A stretch of 64,000 nt of DNA from Glycera tridactyla (GCA_965644265.1 OZ286461.1:42098001-42162000); one strand, 5' to 3'; positions 22,042 through 37,378 are shown, counted from the first letter of the stretch. A program made the numbers and translations. The notes: generated by a model not told the origin, from the letters alone.

Positions 22042-25000
22042 CTGCCTGGAACTGACTGATAAAATCAATTTATAGCGAGTCATATTTCCTCGGCCGACCA
22101 GTCTGACCTTGTCGACATTATTGGCTCATATTGATATGATATGATTTATTTTTGTCAGATGTCATGATTTCGTTTCAAGGAATGTATTGATCTAATATCA
22201 CAGAAAAAATATACCAAAGAATGCTGAACGGGGAGGTACTGGACTGAGCAGCCTCGGGAAAATGTGGTTTGATTTAGATTAGGTTTGCATCATCTTTGAT
22301 ATCGATAGACAAGTGACAGTGATGGTGCTTTTGTCGTATATAATATCCGCTGCTATGGTAAAGCCTGTCATTGAATGATGCAGTGTGATTTTTTCGAAAC
22401 CATTCTTGAAAAATACATCCAACTCTGAAAGTATGTGATACAATTTTTCTTTAACATACACATTCCATCCAGAAGGTAATTGCCTCATTGGTCGACTTAT
22501 TCACGGATTTAAACTTCGATAATGTGCCCAAGCGTAGTAAAGTCAAACCAGGGCTTAGCAACAACTGTACGAATTTATTACCTCTTTCAAGCGATCCTTA
22601 AATTCCCGCTAGAGTATTATTCACTGTATTTGACCTGTATCATACAAACACCAGCCTTAATCCAGCACGGTTTATCTTCCCAGGAGTGTCTGCTGGATAC
22701 GGGATTGACCGTTAATCGGACCTAAGAACGAGGTAGAGAAGTACACACACAATCGATGCTAAGTCTGGTTGAATCAAACATGAAGAGAGCTGGATTACTT
22801 CTCATCTCCCACTGGATGTCGTTATCCCATCTAATTGGGATTATGCAGCTTAACTAGGGATCATCGAATTAGGACATATAGTGGTGGTGTTCTTCCTGAC
22901 CATTCCAGAGGGAGTGTAGCAGAGGCGAGCAATGAAGGTCATTCAATGGCATGCAGCTCGTTCATTTCCCGTTCGGGAAAGCACCAGTGTCACATGGTAT
23001 TACTAGGGTAAAGGTGCATTCATGAGAGGCCAAGTTCACCATTCCAGAATACGCCCAATATTTGATGAAATATGCGCGAATAATGGATGAATGTGGGTAG
23101 GCATAGCAGTGTGTACAACTTCATTATAGTCTGGCAATGTGTTCGGTGTTTGGGGTCTATGCTTCTATTCCATCAGTTCTGAGATGTATGATGAAGTTTT
23201 CCTGCACCATTTGTATCAATTTCCTCTGGTTTGCTATTTGTCTTCACATCTGCATGGTATGGGTTACTGGTGCACATTAAGCCACACTGCTTATGATCTC
23301 ATGATCTTAGAAAATTTTATTTTGACTGGTGAGACGTTTTTTGGACGTATTATCACCCTCACTAGTATGAATTAATCACAATGTATACAGATATTGTCAT
23401 TATATTGCAGAGAGTGAAAGCAAATTGTTGCTTATTACAAATCAACATGTATTGAGAGTACCCAAGTTTGACATGTTTTGTCTTTATCCAGATGCTGCCA
23501 TCTTGAAGCATCTTAAATTGACCACCATGCCATGTCTTATCAGCCTTTCGCTCATCAATGAATCACTTGCAGTCAAAAGGAATGCAGACCGGCTGTTGGA
23601 TATACGGCTATTCGCTCAGAAACTGTATGGTATATTCATAGGACAGGTCCGCAAATTATTCGGCTTACTTTCCCGAGATCTAATCAAGACTGTACGTACG
23701 CGTCAACATGAATGACTTTTGACAGATGCTTTTCCTGGAGACTGCCGTACTAGGGCTTGGATTGACTAGTGCGTGTAACACAGTATGGGATTGGGCTGTT
23801 GGCATATTGCACCATGGGCTGCGATTCGCCAAATGGCTACACACCTTGCTCTAATGAAGAGCCATGACTGATGCCATCGGGTTAATGATCTGATTTGCAT
23901 GAGCTGTTAATTAATGGAATGCTAACATGGACCAATGTGGTGTTAATATACGGGTGCAAGTATGACATTGACTCGTGGTATCTGTATCAATCCCTTAAAC
24001 AGAGGGGTAGGAGTGCTAGCGGGAGGGGTACAGACAGACCAACAGACAGACACAGACATTGGTAGAAAAAAGGGGGATATTTGGAAGGTTGGCATATCAA
24101 GAGTTATCATAGCATATCCGGGCTTTAATGTGATGGAAAAAGACCAACTCAAAACATGGCCAAAATGTAGAAAATAACGTAGTATTCAATTAAATATATT
24201 GTGGGCTAAATAATCAAATAGCGATTCATAGCTACTTAGCCATCTCCATCTGGTTTTTATGGTTCCATGGTAGATTCAAATTATACGACATAAAGATGTG
24301 ATGTGTTATGATCTACTCGTCCTAAGAAGACCATTATCTAAGTCTATTTTTCTGAAGCTTATATTTCTGTTTACCATCTGTCTATTTCTCTGCATCTGAT
24401 AACAACCTGATCGGTTTATAGGAATCACGGTGACTGTCAACCTAAGTTTATCATGAAATTATGCTTAGAATCTCCTTCATATAATCATCTCATAATCATC
24501 TTCATCTTGTATTGTGCTGTCTTGTNNNNNNNNNNNNNNNNNNNNNNNNNNNNNNNNNNNNNNNNNNNNNNNNNNNNNNNNNNNNNNNNNNNNNNNNNNN
24601 NNNNNNNNNNNNNNNNNNNNNNNNNNNNNNNNNNNNNNNNNNNNNNNNNNNNNNNNNNNNNNNNNNNNNNNNNNNNNNNNNNNNNAGTAGTATATTCCTA
24701 ATTTCGTATAATTTCGTATAATTTCGCATAATTTTGTATCCAGAAGGTGCAAAAATGATCTGGCATGAGATGAAGCTGTACGGTATGTGTTAGAATATGT
24801 ATCATTATATGGTATCATATCAGCTCAGAATATGTAGAGACCCAAATAACATATTTCAATGTGCAATGAGAGGGGACATAGAAATAAGTGAGTGGTTCAA
24901 TATTTTGAGTATCATTCAAGACTCGTTTTCCTTCTAATCGAAGGCCTCCAGTAGAAAGGGAAAGTTTCTGTGGATCATCAACGCTCATTGGCCGTTCACT

Positions 25001-25053
25001 GTCTGTGTTCGGATCTTCGGTAGTTTGAAAACCTTCATAAATGCCAAAGGTGA

Positions 25054-25500
25054 TTGCTTATTGACAGAAATGGAGTTATCGTGCCTTGGGAATCACTCTA
25101 CAATATAAGTAATATGACTGTGAAATCAGTCCAGTTGCCAGCTCCAATCAAAGTATTACACTATCAAAAATCAGATGATGTGAAAAACGTGGAGACTGGA
25201 GATATCGGAGATGTCCGTATTGCACCAATAACATTCACTAGTTTCTTGACAATACATCCCCATCCATGTATGTACAATGCATGCACCTTTATTATCTCGA
25301 GGAGTCTCTATACACTGATGTTCTTCGGAGACCAGCGAATAGGTGCTGTAAATATTGAGACCAAAAACGAAAACGAATGGCAGATATCAAAGAATGACAA
25401 TAACAGAGTATCGACAATAAGTCTGTGTCCGCTGGTAAGTGGCATATTATATGTTGAGTGGACGACAAGTGTGGCGAACTATATCAAACACATGCATTAG
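25054..25500 (+). pseudogene. Possible decayed DIRS-type tyrosine recombinase fragment
   Basis: DVRIAPITF...SRSLYTLMFFGDQRIGAV resembles the DIRS YR region R.PIT....AMF.LAFF.FLRIGE. The H-x-x-R and Y boxes were not recovered. Confidence 0.35.
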
Positions 25501-28500
25501 CTGCAGATTCATCGCTAGTGACGATAAAAGAGGAGTAGAACACTGATTGATATCAAAAGATGGCGGATTAATAGATGTTGGCGTATTGTGCGTGTGTGGA
25601 GTGCTACATGTCTGCCACTCAACCACTGTGTAGTGGTGCTGTCAATGATGTAGATGACACTGATACTTCAGCACTTCTTCTATGATAAGGGGACATGAAC
25701 ACTAATGTACAGGTGATCTCCCAACTTCCGATATTATTTTCCAGTCGCTAGTGACCTCTCCGCTTCTGATCACTACCATTATGAAAAATCGGCACTGCTG
25801 TAATCAGGGGATATGTACGCCAATGTTCAGGTGCCCCCTTCGCTACCTCCCCTAACCTCCAAAATATTTTCATGGCTAATGATCTCTCTCCTCTGCTTTA
25901 ACTTGTGGGCGCCACCATCTTGAAAAATCGGCTGAGATGGCTACAATGTTTGTCACAGCTTTGTGTCGTTATATTTGCCATTGACCTTTGGTCACATCCG
26001 AAGCCCATCAGGCAGATATTTATGGATAAATGAGCATAAAGTCCAGCCTGCTTGAGAGACCACCTGCTTATATGCTGTCGGACATGATAGTAGGGTTACA
26101 TGACCGAGAAGTGCGAATAGTGGCGTAAGATGAGCAGAAAGCTACATCAATCGGTGAGCATTCATTCGGCCATGGTCCGATCACGCCTGTAGAGGCCTAC
26201 CGTCGCTGCATCATGTGTGAAGTGTGGAGTCGTCTTGAGTGCCTTACTTCAGATTCATCATATCATATTCCCACGCATGCCTATTCTCTCTGACTATGTC
26301 TCCATGCATATGTCCGCATGCCTTCCTCTGTTGTCATTCTCTCATTCCTGTCTCAGTCTCGGTCTCTGTCTCAACTCAACCTACTCCCCAAGGGGTCTCC
26401 TCTAACCAAGCATGCTCACAAGCCCAGGAGAGTGAACCCATTCTAGTTTGATGTTATAATACGGTGTGATGAAGCTCCCTTTTCACCGATCGAATACATT
26501 GGTTCCGGACAATGATGGGTCAAGGTGACATCATGCAAAGTGATGCGTATAGGTGAGTGAGCTAGCTGCCAGATCATTTGGGTATTGCATATATATGTAT
26601 AACGTGCTAGACGATTGTGACATCCCATCCATTTGCTATGATACATCAGACCATCAGCAGCACACTAGTGATGCCATGCCTTCAGGACACTAAAAGCTCA
26701 CACACCATCTTACCTAATGTACTTCGTGCCGACCATTCCTCTCCGCTGACAGAGCAATGAGACGTCCATCAGGTTTTCTCTAGGGACCGTCTCCTCCCAA
26801 ATTCACGGGTACACAAATTTGTATATGATGCTATGGTGTTTCTAGGGTTCGACCATATCTACAAAAATGACACCCCTAGATCCCTAGTTCCCCTCGGGCA
26901 AAATGCTTTCAATGTGGTTCTGATGGCGGCTCATTCCTACTTGTTTATATTGATAATCTGAGGATGATTTTGAGGAATTGTATAATTTTCTACAGCTCAT
27001 CATTAATTCATACCAATTGAAATACGTTGAATGTTCGGATAGCTTTCACGGGACTCGAACAGCCAATCAACCAGCCTGTGCAAGTAAATAATCCACTATT
27101 GAAATGCATCAGAATGCTGATTAGTGTCATACTGCAACATGAAGTTAATTCAGTGCTGCATACCAGGGGTGCCTATTAGTAGTGGTCGATCCCATCCACG
27201 GCCTTGGTGGGCTACTGTCTCCCACTAATATTATAGAATGAGTCAAATATCCCCGTTCCTACCGATGGTTGGTTGGGAATTGTACTCTAATGAGCACCAT
27301 CCAGGCCACATTCAGACTCCCATGCCATAAGCATGGGTGGGATAATTCAAGACTCCATCTTCTGGGTTGCTATCGGAGGGTAGATATTGATGATATATAG
27401 ACACTCATGGCGTCATTTTGGACAAGTTCCTACCGATTGGGGCCAAGTTCGCACGTGATGTGACTGCTCAAGTGACTGTATAATGAGGAAGGTCTCTATA
27501 CGATGAGCAGCTAGTTTATTGCTAATCTCGTTCGAGAATGAGTCGAGGTGAATCATAATGTCCCAGCGTGTTGACAGCTAGGCTGTAATCTATCACTGTT
27601 GTCACATATTTGCTGCCAATATCACGTCTTCCACTGACAAGCCATTCTAGACCAAACAGTCCAGCCAACTTTTGCCTCAAACATCCACTCTAGTACACAG
27701 TTTAATGGGGAGGTTAATTCGTACATGCACCCGAGTGTTATTGGATCATTGCAGACTGTCAGTCATCATCAGTGAGACTATCAAGCTTTGAGCAAGTATG
27801 TTACACTTATAGTGACGCACCAATGCTTGTGAAAAAAATGTGCTCCGTGATATATTCAATTTCTCGTATTTCTTGTGGGTAGTATCATATCCGAGAAAAA
27901 CCGAATATACCATTCAGCCGAACTCATGTCAAAGAAGGTGGGGGAAGCATTGTCCTACCTGAGAAGACGATACGATCATTATTCGCACCATTTGAGTTTA
28001 TGTGAACTCAGCGTCATTTACATTGCTGAATGGCCAGTCATAAAAATTCAGAAGTATGCAGTCAATTGACTTATTCTTATGATATTCGAACTAGTTTGGT
28101 TCAGCACCAGCAATGGAATTGACCAAGTCTACTAGAAAATGTGATGAAGTCATGCTACGAGTCATTGTGAAGCTGGTTTGATGTTGGCACTTCATCGCTG
28201 ATTGCATGTGTTGTGTTGCACACACCTGATGCATTTCCTTGTTCCGAGTACAGCATTCTGTTTGAAAGGAGAGCACTGCTATCATACTTGAGTGTCAGAT
28301 TCCATTTAGTGGCATACTTAGATTGCAGAGTTTGTGAAGGCGTTTCTGAGCTGTCAGTTATTCTCATTTCCATCCTCCACGATTCCCCATCATCTTGTGT
28401 TCAGTGTTTGTGAAAGCGATCGATGCTTGCAAGGAACAGAGTTAGAGGAACATGGTATGTATGGTGCTTCGGGTCGCTATATGTCATTAGGACCAATCAA

Positions 28501-29247
28501 CAGATAAAAAAAAAACTGTTGATAACCATTTAGTACGGACACCAGTTGAGAGATTAGTAGTATGAGTTCCCATGATATGATGCCTTCACCAAAATTATGA
28601 TTTGGGTATTGAGTTCATTTCATAACTCGCTTGGTGAAACTCTCATGTCCCACGAGAAAGAGGTATGGTGTTGAATTGGTTTACACCGATTCACGAATTT
28701 TAACATATTGCACAAATTGAGAATTCGATGTCATCAAACCAAGATATGGGGAAGTGGCGATACAGGATTTTTCCATGAAAATTATACCATGAAATCCAAC
28801 ATTCATTCTGGTCCGAATTGAGGGATAAGCGTTCGCACCCAATGTGTTAATGGTGTATCGTTTTCTTACCGTCTATATCATTGAATGAATATGTCAGCTT
28901 CACTTCATTGATGTACTGTTCATCAATATGTCGAAATCCTGCGAAGATACAATTGCAGAGAAAATGCTTTATACCATAGATTATATTTGATTCACCAGGA
29001 CTTGAGTTGATTTGCCAGTATGCAGGTAATGACAAGGAGTCAAACCTTAAGTGGAGTTCCGAAGCTCATCGGTTCCTCCTTATACCGGGCATCAGTAGTA
29101 TAAAAAAAACTCAAGATCCATCTGTTTCAATTCTCCTCAAGTTTAGCGTTCCCTGAGCCGATCGGACAACTTGCGAACATCTCAACGACCAGGTTGTGCA
29201 GGATGGCCACCTCCTGTCGTGTTTCGTTGAGGAGGTCTGAGAATATC

Positions 29248-29640
29248 AATTCAATTCAATTCAATTCAAAATACTTTATCACAGCCTTATCCATACAAGA
29301 CATTGGCATGACAATTGTAATAAAGGAACACAAACGGACAGAAACATGAAGGAACACAAATTGACAAAAACACATATGCATCTAAGTATCTGCGAAGTGA
29401 ACGTTCTTGCGACGCCAAGATCTGTTACAATCTTCATCAGTATTAGGAAGCCCAAGAAGTACTTCAATCTCGTGCATTAGTACAGTTTGAAACCCAATCT
29501 TTGCTACATTCATGGGCTTCAGTACGATTTCGGGAGGCAATGTATGTCACACTCCCTTGGTACAAATTACACATTCCGTAGTACAGACTACTAACCCGGT
29601 ATTTGTCAATGTGAACATTCTTCACAGTTTGGGAACTCGA
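29248..29640 (-). mobile_element. Probable LINE 3' end with a (TTGAA)n tail
   Basis: The minus strand ends ataaagtattttgaattgaattgaattgaatt, a poly(A)-signal-like motif plus a pentamer tail typical of L2/CR1-like elements. No clear protein motif lies upstream. Confidence 0.4.
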
Positions 29641-31883
29641 TATGTGCTACGGTAGTGAGCTCTAGTATATAAGGTGATGCAGAACTCAGAATCTATCTTG
29701 TTCGTACATCATTGATGGGCGAATATAGCATTGGCCATACAGGAACAGGTCGAGAACATCAATGATGCAGATGATGAGGGCAATGCATTGTTTCGTTGAC
29801 CATGTGTGTAAGTGGAGTATGCAATGGAGGATTGGCTGTCTAAACGTCGGTGAACAATCTTGCTTTCAAATGAGTTGGTGTGAGTAACTGTCAATGGTTG
29901 TTTCTCGGTCATCATCATTCCAATGATACCCACATTCTGACGTTCTTCTCCCAATATCCCGGAGACATAAACTGGAACGAAGCCTATGTAGCATATATCA
30001 AAGGCGACATATGTGGGTATGAATTTGTGTTGCTGTGTGACTAGAGCTTCAAAACTTAGTTTATGACGATGCATCGCAATTCAACTTTTCAAAACGGTAA
30101 ACTTTGATTACATCATCGGCTACCGTATGCCCTACTACAAAGATCTTTTTTCCAGCCTAGATTTTATTCCCCGTTCTCTCATTATGCTAGCTATGGACGA
30201 GATTGATTTGCAACTCCTAGTAGATAAACCGATGTTCAAATTCGGATTCAAATTCCGACAACTGTACGAGTTGTTCGTTTGGTGGTTCTGGTCTAATACC
30301 ACATCAGCGCCACGATGCACTATATTGTGATGTCCATGCGATGGGCATGGATGGGAACATTCAAGACTCTCCCTCATGCGTACCTAATAAAGGCGAGATT
30401 TCATGAAATTCACAATTACTCAAGAACTGATGTACGACACAAGCCAGTGGCATTTTAGCTATGGAAATGTGTAATCACAATCGATGCAATGGAGGACGCT
30501 GGTAAAATGTGGCACATCATCATGATAGGCGTGTTGATGCTGCTGGCCTGCCACTTTTACCAGGTGCAGATCTCGAATCAATCGCTTACAAAGCACAGAA
30601 GCGGTGTTCTGACCAACTCGAGTCTCTCCTCCAGATATCGTTCTTATTCATGTATTCATCGTGTGAATTGTGAGATAGCTCAATCTTGAGGCAGCTGCTG
30701 CTGCTTTAGATGACGTTATCAAAACGACAAACAGAATTCCCCTCTCGGTATTGCAACCAGCGCTGTCTTGATGTTAATGCCTAATGCTCAACAGTGAGAA
30801 GGTAATACTCGAGGGGAGGCATTAACTACTCTGAATCACTCGCGGCGTGGATTAGTACACCAGCATCTACGCCTAATACAATTGGCGCAACTTTAAACTT
30901 CGCAAGCAGAAAATCACTGTCTGTTGACCTAGAATAGTAGTATGACAAAACGAAATGCGATACATTGCATCTATTCATTCCAATATCATCTGAGGCAATA
31001 CATTGATATAAGCCCTTGTCCGGACTTCAGATTCTAGATCTAGTGCTATGTACAAAATTGTGATGATTGACGGATCCTGATATTTGTATTTTCTACAAGT
31101 TGGTGATTCAAAATTTAGATGCACGGAATTGGGAAAACATCTCGTTATGTGGTCCAGCTTTAATCATAGTATGCTTTGTACGATGGTATATGATGAAACC
31201 TTGTTTGACACCTAATAGTTCTATATACATATGATGTTTATATGTTCGTTTGTACTATGATGTCTTCAGATATTCCGTGTACAGAATACAAAAATAGTGA
31301 ATACAAAAGGCACATTAATTAATTACGATGGCCAGCGCGTGTAGTTTTACCGAGGACACAGGGAAGGATGGATGACCGAAGAACTCAAGTCTCGCATTGT
31401 GGTCCTTGTATTAAATCCAATACAGCTGGGCTGACGTAACCGCAGTGTTTGAGTGGCATATGGTTTGCGTCATAGCATGCAATAACGCATCATGAGCTTC
31501 ATTCCATCTTCTTTGATGTGTGGCCTTACTGTGTGTACAATATGGATATTACTCCTTCCCACTGTCGTCCAGACATCCAAGAGCCGTCTTACTGACACAG
31601 ACTTATGTGATCCCACTCGCCCACGATATTGACCAGAACAAACACACACCAAGCCGCCATCCGGAACCTGCTGACTAGACCTTATTATCATGATGCAAAT
31701 TTCTGTCTGGACTGATGGACACGTAATCCCTATCTCTTAGACATTGCCGTGGTGGTCGTCGACCACATTGTTTGGACATTTGATTCTCATCGACCATCCA
31801 GTCCAGTTTAGTGGATAGGTTGAGGGTTAAGGCTCGCTATAGATGGCTGATCAGGTGACTGATCAAACAATCGATGAATTGTT

Positions 31884-31939
31884 GAATGAATGAATGAATG
31901 AATGAATGAATGAATGAATGAATGAATGAATGAATGAAT
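31884..31939. repeat. (GAAT)n microsatellite
   Basis: A directly visible run of ~14 units. Confidence 0.97.
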
Positions 31940-32374
31940 ACATGCCATTGCCTGTAGTTCTACTCAGTCGATGAGCTTGATAAAAGGTGTCATAAATCCT
32001 GGATGTGAGGAGCATGTGACGCATGTGTATTGAGAACTTTAAAGAGATCAACAGCAACATCCAGTCCAATCTATTTATTTTTCTTTGTTGAAGAGCCTTG
32101 TTATTTTCTCAGAAATTATGTCAATCAACAGCAAATTGGAAAGAGCATCCTTGGTGATTGAAGCTCAGTGCATTTTCTGTCAATCTGCAAATATTAGTGA
32201 GCTATACGGGACCACTATCTGCAAACATACATCTAGCCAGGCTGGTAGTATCAGACTGTCTCTGAATGATCCCACAAATCAGCATGCTCGATAAAATAAT
32301 GAAAAGATTCTGAACTGATTCAGTTACTGGCGAAGTTTACAGAAACTTGCGCCCAAATTGGATTGGGCTCTGTA

Positions 32375-32790
32375 CGAAGTATCTGTGTCACCCTCATTTA
32401 CAAAATATCTGTGTCATCCTCATTTACAAAGTATCTGTGTCATCCTCATTTACAGAGTATCTGTGTCATCCTCATTTACGAAATATCTGTGTCATCCTCA
32501 TTTACAAAGTATCTGTGTCATCCTCATTTACAAAGTATCTGTGTCACCCTCATTTACAAAATATCTGTGTCATCCTCATTTACAAAGTATCTGTGTCATC
32601 CTCATTTACAAAGTATCTGTGTCATCCTCATTTACTAAGTATCTGTGTCATCCTCATTTACAAAGTATCTGTGTCATCCTCATCTACAAAGTATCTGTGT
32701 CATCCTCATTTACAAAGTATCTGTGTCATCCCCATTTACAAAGTATCTGTGTCATCCTCATTTACAAAGAGTCTGTGTTATCCCCATGTA
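32375..32790. repeat. 26-bp minisatellite, ~16 copies
   Basis: The unit is aagtatctgtgtcatcctcatttaca, with a 26-nt period (e.g. 32641 to 32667). Confidence 0.97.
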
Positions 32791-35700
32791 ATGTCTTCAG
32801 TTGCTGTTGGCAGGATCAGTCAGTAAATAAGTCAGTAGGTCAGTCAGTCAGATAGTCAGTAGCAAATATAGCTTGGAGATTCTATGTTGCCGAACTGGAT
32901 GGCCTGGAGGCAAACACCATCCAAGGTCTAAAGTCTGATCAACTATGCATCATACGGGAGTACGAGGTCATTCTCCAGGTATAATGGATCGTTTTGGAGT
33001 CACCACCCTTATTTGATTCACGACAGTATTGTAGCATGAAGTGATGGCATGCTAATGGGACACTCCAACTACTAATGCATCTATGAAGCTTTCCCCGAAA
33101 TGCTTGGTCGCTTCATCGGTGTATTCTCGTTCCTTCAACACCACCTGCGCTTTACTGAGATGCCCATGTGACGGAAATGGATGGCATCAGTCAAGACTCC
33201 TTCTCCTAAGTAGTGAAGGCTGTGCAATATTGCATCAGAAACATCACAAACCGGAACTCGTGTGACATATTTCTCAACTGTGAGACTCGAGAAATCCTGT
33301 CACGGCAGGAGCAGAGAGTTGTAATGACTTGTACTTTGAATGAGGGAGTTTGCTCGTGACAAAGTTGTCATCCTGACCCGAGTGGCATATTTCCTGCGAT
33401 GTATCCATATGCTACCCTAACACTTGTGATGGGAAATTCGGAGCTATCATAGGAAATGTAAATTGTGGGTGACCTTGGCTTCGGACTCATTTATTCATCG
33501 TTTTGTAATCATTTTCACTGCAGTGATTTTATTTATAAGCTGGTATAATCGAAGATTAAATCATGTAGCCATAGCGGATATCATATCATCCTAATACTCT
33601 CGTGAAATTTAAGATAACCCAAAATATATTCCATCATCTTTGACACATAGTTCACTCTTCTCCATCGACACATGAATAACAATCATCTTCACCNNNNNNN
33701 NNNNNNNNNNNNNNNNNNNNNNNNNNNNNNNNNNNNNNNNNNNNNNNNNNNNNNNNNNNNNNNNNNNNNNNNNNNNNNNNNNNNNNNNNNNNNNNNNNNN
33801 NNNNNNNNNNNNNNNNNNNNNNNNNNNGTAGGTGGCTAAATCAGCCAATCAGCATCATTCCTCGTTTGACATCATTTCTGAGCATGCAACCGCCGCGAAA
33901 TGATGCTTAGACGCGAAATGTCGCCAGCATCATTTTGCGTTTTCGCATCATTTCGCGTCTCTGCATCATTTAGCGGCCCTACACTCTGCGTTTCCTTTCA
34001 ATCAACGAAGAACGATTCGTCACGTCAGCATTTGCCTGGCTTAGTGCTTGCCGGAGTATGTGGCTTTTTTTCGTGATCACGGTCTGATTTGGCTGCACCT
34101 AGCTCTCATTGTTGAAGGGTGACGCCAGGAGACATTCTTATTGACAGTTCTGCCTGTCCTGGCCTTTTCATGACGGGTGCAGCACTTTGATGGAAGGGAA
34201 GTGGGGTTGCCTGGCAAAAACTCGAACTAGAAGCAATTCCTATGAGTTAGAGCCAACCTCGACGGTCCTGAATATGTCCCTTACCTCTATAGTGATGCTG
34301 TTTATCCATATAAAAGATGCCTGCATATGAACGAACTGTCGAAATAGCACCATCTCCAAGTTAGATCCATCCTGAATATCACACCTACATCGGTGATGAT
34401 GTCTTTCCATATAAAACATGTCGGCTTACGATCAAACCACGACTGTGAAATCCAGAATCAAAATATGCCCATATGACGCATTGTAAAGTATTATAATGGA
34501 GTGAAAATATATATTTCTTTATGTCATTCAGGCCACTGTTTTTTGGTTGTTGTTTTTTATGAAATGAATCGAAGAATGGCATATCATTATGGACCATTTT
34601 GTAATAATACCATTTGATTCTGATGAAATAGATACTGGTGGGTGACGCATATCATGTGGATGAGGATGATGTGTTTTAAACACATTGCTTTGAAAGCTGA
34701 TGAATTATGGATGTAAATTATGTTGTCAGGGTTATGTTTGACACGACCAATATACTGCTATTTTCAGGACGTCCCAGGCCGACAGATGCTGACAGAGACA
34801 TAAATCTATCAGCATATCCATCTCGCAACAGACAGTATCTTAGTTTACACGCCTTCTTAACGCTAGTACCACCAAACAGGCATATAACACAGCCGCCAAA
34901 TGTGTGAGTGTGGCTGTGTGATGCGTAGGATGTGTGTTTATGCCTCTGACAGAAAGAGAGAGTAAAGGGGGTGACCATTCCTATATCACAATGACGAAGT
35001 TATTCGCGACCTCTTTATGGTTGGCTGGTTGGTTGTTTTGCTTCCAGCGAGCACCTTCTCGGCTACATTGAGACGCCCGTGCAATAGGCATGGGTGAGAT
35101 CATTCGAGACGGCTCCTACTGGCCTTTTTGGTTGTAAAGTAGCTGCGTATTCTCGCCATTTTATGCTGTAAATCTGACATTTAGCATACTCACTCAGGCA
35201 GAGCCACGACAGAGCACACGAAGTAAAGGAGCTGTAATATCGTCCTGGCTTTGTAATGCAAATCTTCAAGTTTGGGATCTGCATATCCGATGCTTTTTCT
35301 TCAGTGAAAATCATTCCAGAATTTTCATAATCTCAGCCATCTCACACAGGAGTGAGATGCAGATAACGTCCGACACTTCGTTTCGGCAAATTCTCCAATA
35401 AGGCATCACATCACGTCTCTGGAGAAGTTAAGAATTCCCTCTACAGTAGGAGTAGGGAAGTTGCACATCCTGCATATATCACGGCCGCCATAGCTATCGA
35501 TTCCTTGCACGGGTGTCTATTTTTCTTGCCGCAATAGCGGGGAAATATCGCCCGCAAGTAAATAGATCTCCTTCACCGCGTGGTTTATATATCGATCAGA
35601 GCCATAGCCGGGGTCTACTCATTTCACCCTCGTCTCCATCAGGTATTAATCATAGAAAAACTCTCCTTTCCCGCAGTGGAGCGATCTTCATGCTTGACAC

Positions 35701-37322
35701 TAAATCAAGTCGATTGGTAAGTTGGTTGATTTTTCCCCTTGAGCACCATCTGGGCTATATTGAGACTCTCATAAATTGGACATGGGAGGAATCCCTGGGT
35801 ATCCAAACGGAAGGTGGGGATTTATTAGATTCATCGGGGATCCAAAGGATTAGAAGATTCAAGGATTCCAATAAATCATTTATACCCGAGAGGATGTAAG
35901 CTTCCAAGTACATCTCTCACTGGAGTGCATCTAATCTACCTATCACAAAGAAGATATTACTAATATCCTTTGGGTCATAGGTCCTGAAAAATATACATCC
36001 CACAAATAAACATATTAGATGCACTTTAGGTCATGATTTAGTGGGTGCCAATTCGATTACAGATCCCCCATAAGTCACTCTCTGGGTGCATCAATTGAGT
36101 GGCCATTTTTGTATGGCCCACTTGGAGCTAGTGATCGCAGTGCATCAGTGGAGGTGGTTGATAAAGCGCTTATGAATCCGACCACGAATAACGACTAATA
36201 CTCACTTAATTCAGTTATTAAGAGCTGTCTGCTGTATCTTGAATTATCACCGAGAAAGGTAGGCAGAACCATAATATTGGTCTTTTGGTCAGTCGATCGA
36301 GCAAATTCTCCAACGTGCGCCGCGGCGTTCTTTGTTGTGTAAAGAGCTATAGCAGAGTTAAACCAAGACGAGGTGAAGCAAGCTAGTTAGCACAATGTAA
36401 TCAGGTCGTCTTTGTCTGGTGCACTAGGCTACGCTATCATGACAGAACCTGCCAATTAAACTAGTCCCAGGCTCCTGCGTGACTGGCATTACTCTCCGCA
36501 GGAAGATTGGAGAGAAAGTGTAGTACATATCCGAATGATACTTTAGCAACCCGCTAGAGTTAGAGTAGCTTGTACATTTTAATTTTCTCGTATTTTTGTC
36601 GGTAAGCTACTGAATAGGTTGATTGATTGCTTGATCAATTTTTCTTTTTTGGAGAGTGGTTTGGTTGGCTAGTCGTGGCGTTAGCGAGCGACTCCATCAA
36701 GTTAGAACATTACTACACAACTCATTGAATGAGTAATTTACTTATTTACTCGCACGCTCATGCGCAAAAGCATTTGCATGGGTGATTCATCGATTGGTCG
36801 ATATAAGGGGCGAGAACTTGAGCAGCTGAGATTGCTTTGCATGGTAGTTAGTATTTGAAGCTGCATCTCAGAGGTTGTGCTAGCTATAGATCAAACACCA
36901 TGCTTTCCTGCCGATGTGGCAGGGACCATTACTTGTGTGGTTAGATAATGGACGATCTATAAGAATACAAATACAGTATATCGCAGACTATGCATCGTAT
37001 GTTGTAGATATAGGGAGCGTATTCCGTATTTAATCAGCGTTGGAATTCTCCCCTAATGTTGAACTTACCCTTCGTTCGTGAATTTGGTATTTTCCTAATT
37101 GAACAAACTCACTGAAATACTATATACAAATCAGGTAGGAATGATCTCCCTGTTCTATCAGTATTACACTTGATACTTCATGCATTGAGTCGTGTGCATA
37201 ATATGGTTCCATCGTTGTACCATCGCTAGTGTATTGTACAACGTCGGACATCATTTTCCATGTTACGATATTAAGCGGGATTCACCATGATGATCCGCAA
37301 GCATTCGTATCGATGATAACTA

Positions 37323-37378
37323 TATTTGAGCTATCGTAGTACTGAACTGTTATTTGAGCTATCGTAATACTGAACTGT
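37323..37378. repeat. 28-bp tandem duplication
   Basis: tatttgagctatcgtagtactgaactgt occurs twice with 1 mismatch. Confidence 0.9.

Noticed and set aside
32347-32855. 159- and 165-aa Cys/His-rich ORFs (YLCHPHL repeats)
   Set aside because: They are translations of the 26-bp minisatellite, not zinc fingers.
35513-35899. 128-aa ORF
   Set aside because: It has no recognisable domain or splice context and is compatible with chance or an unidentifiable repeat relic.
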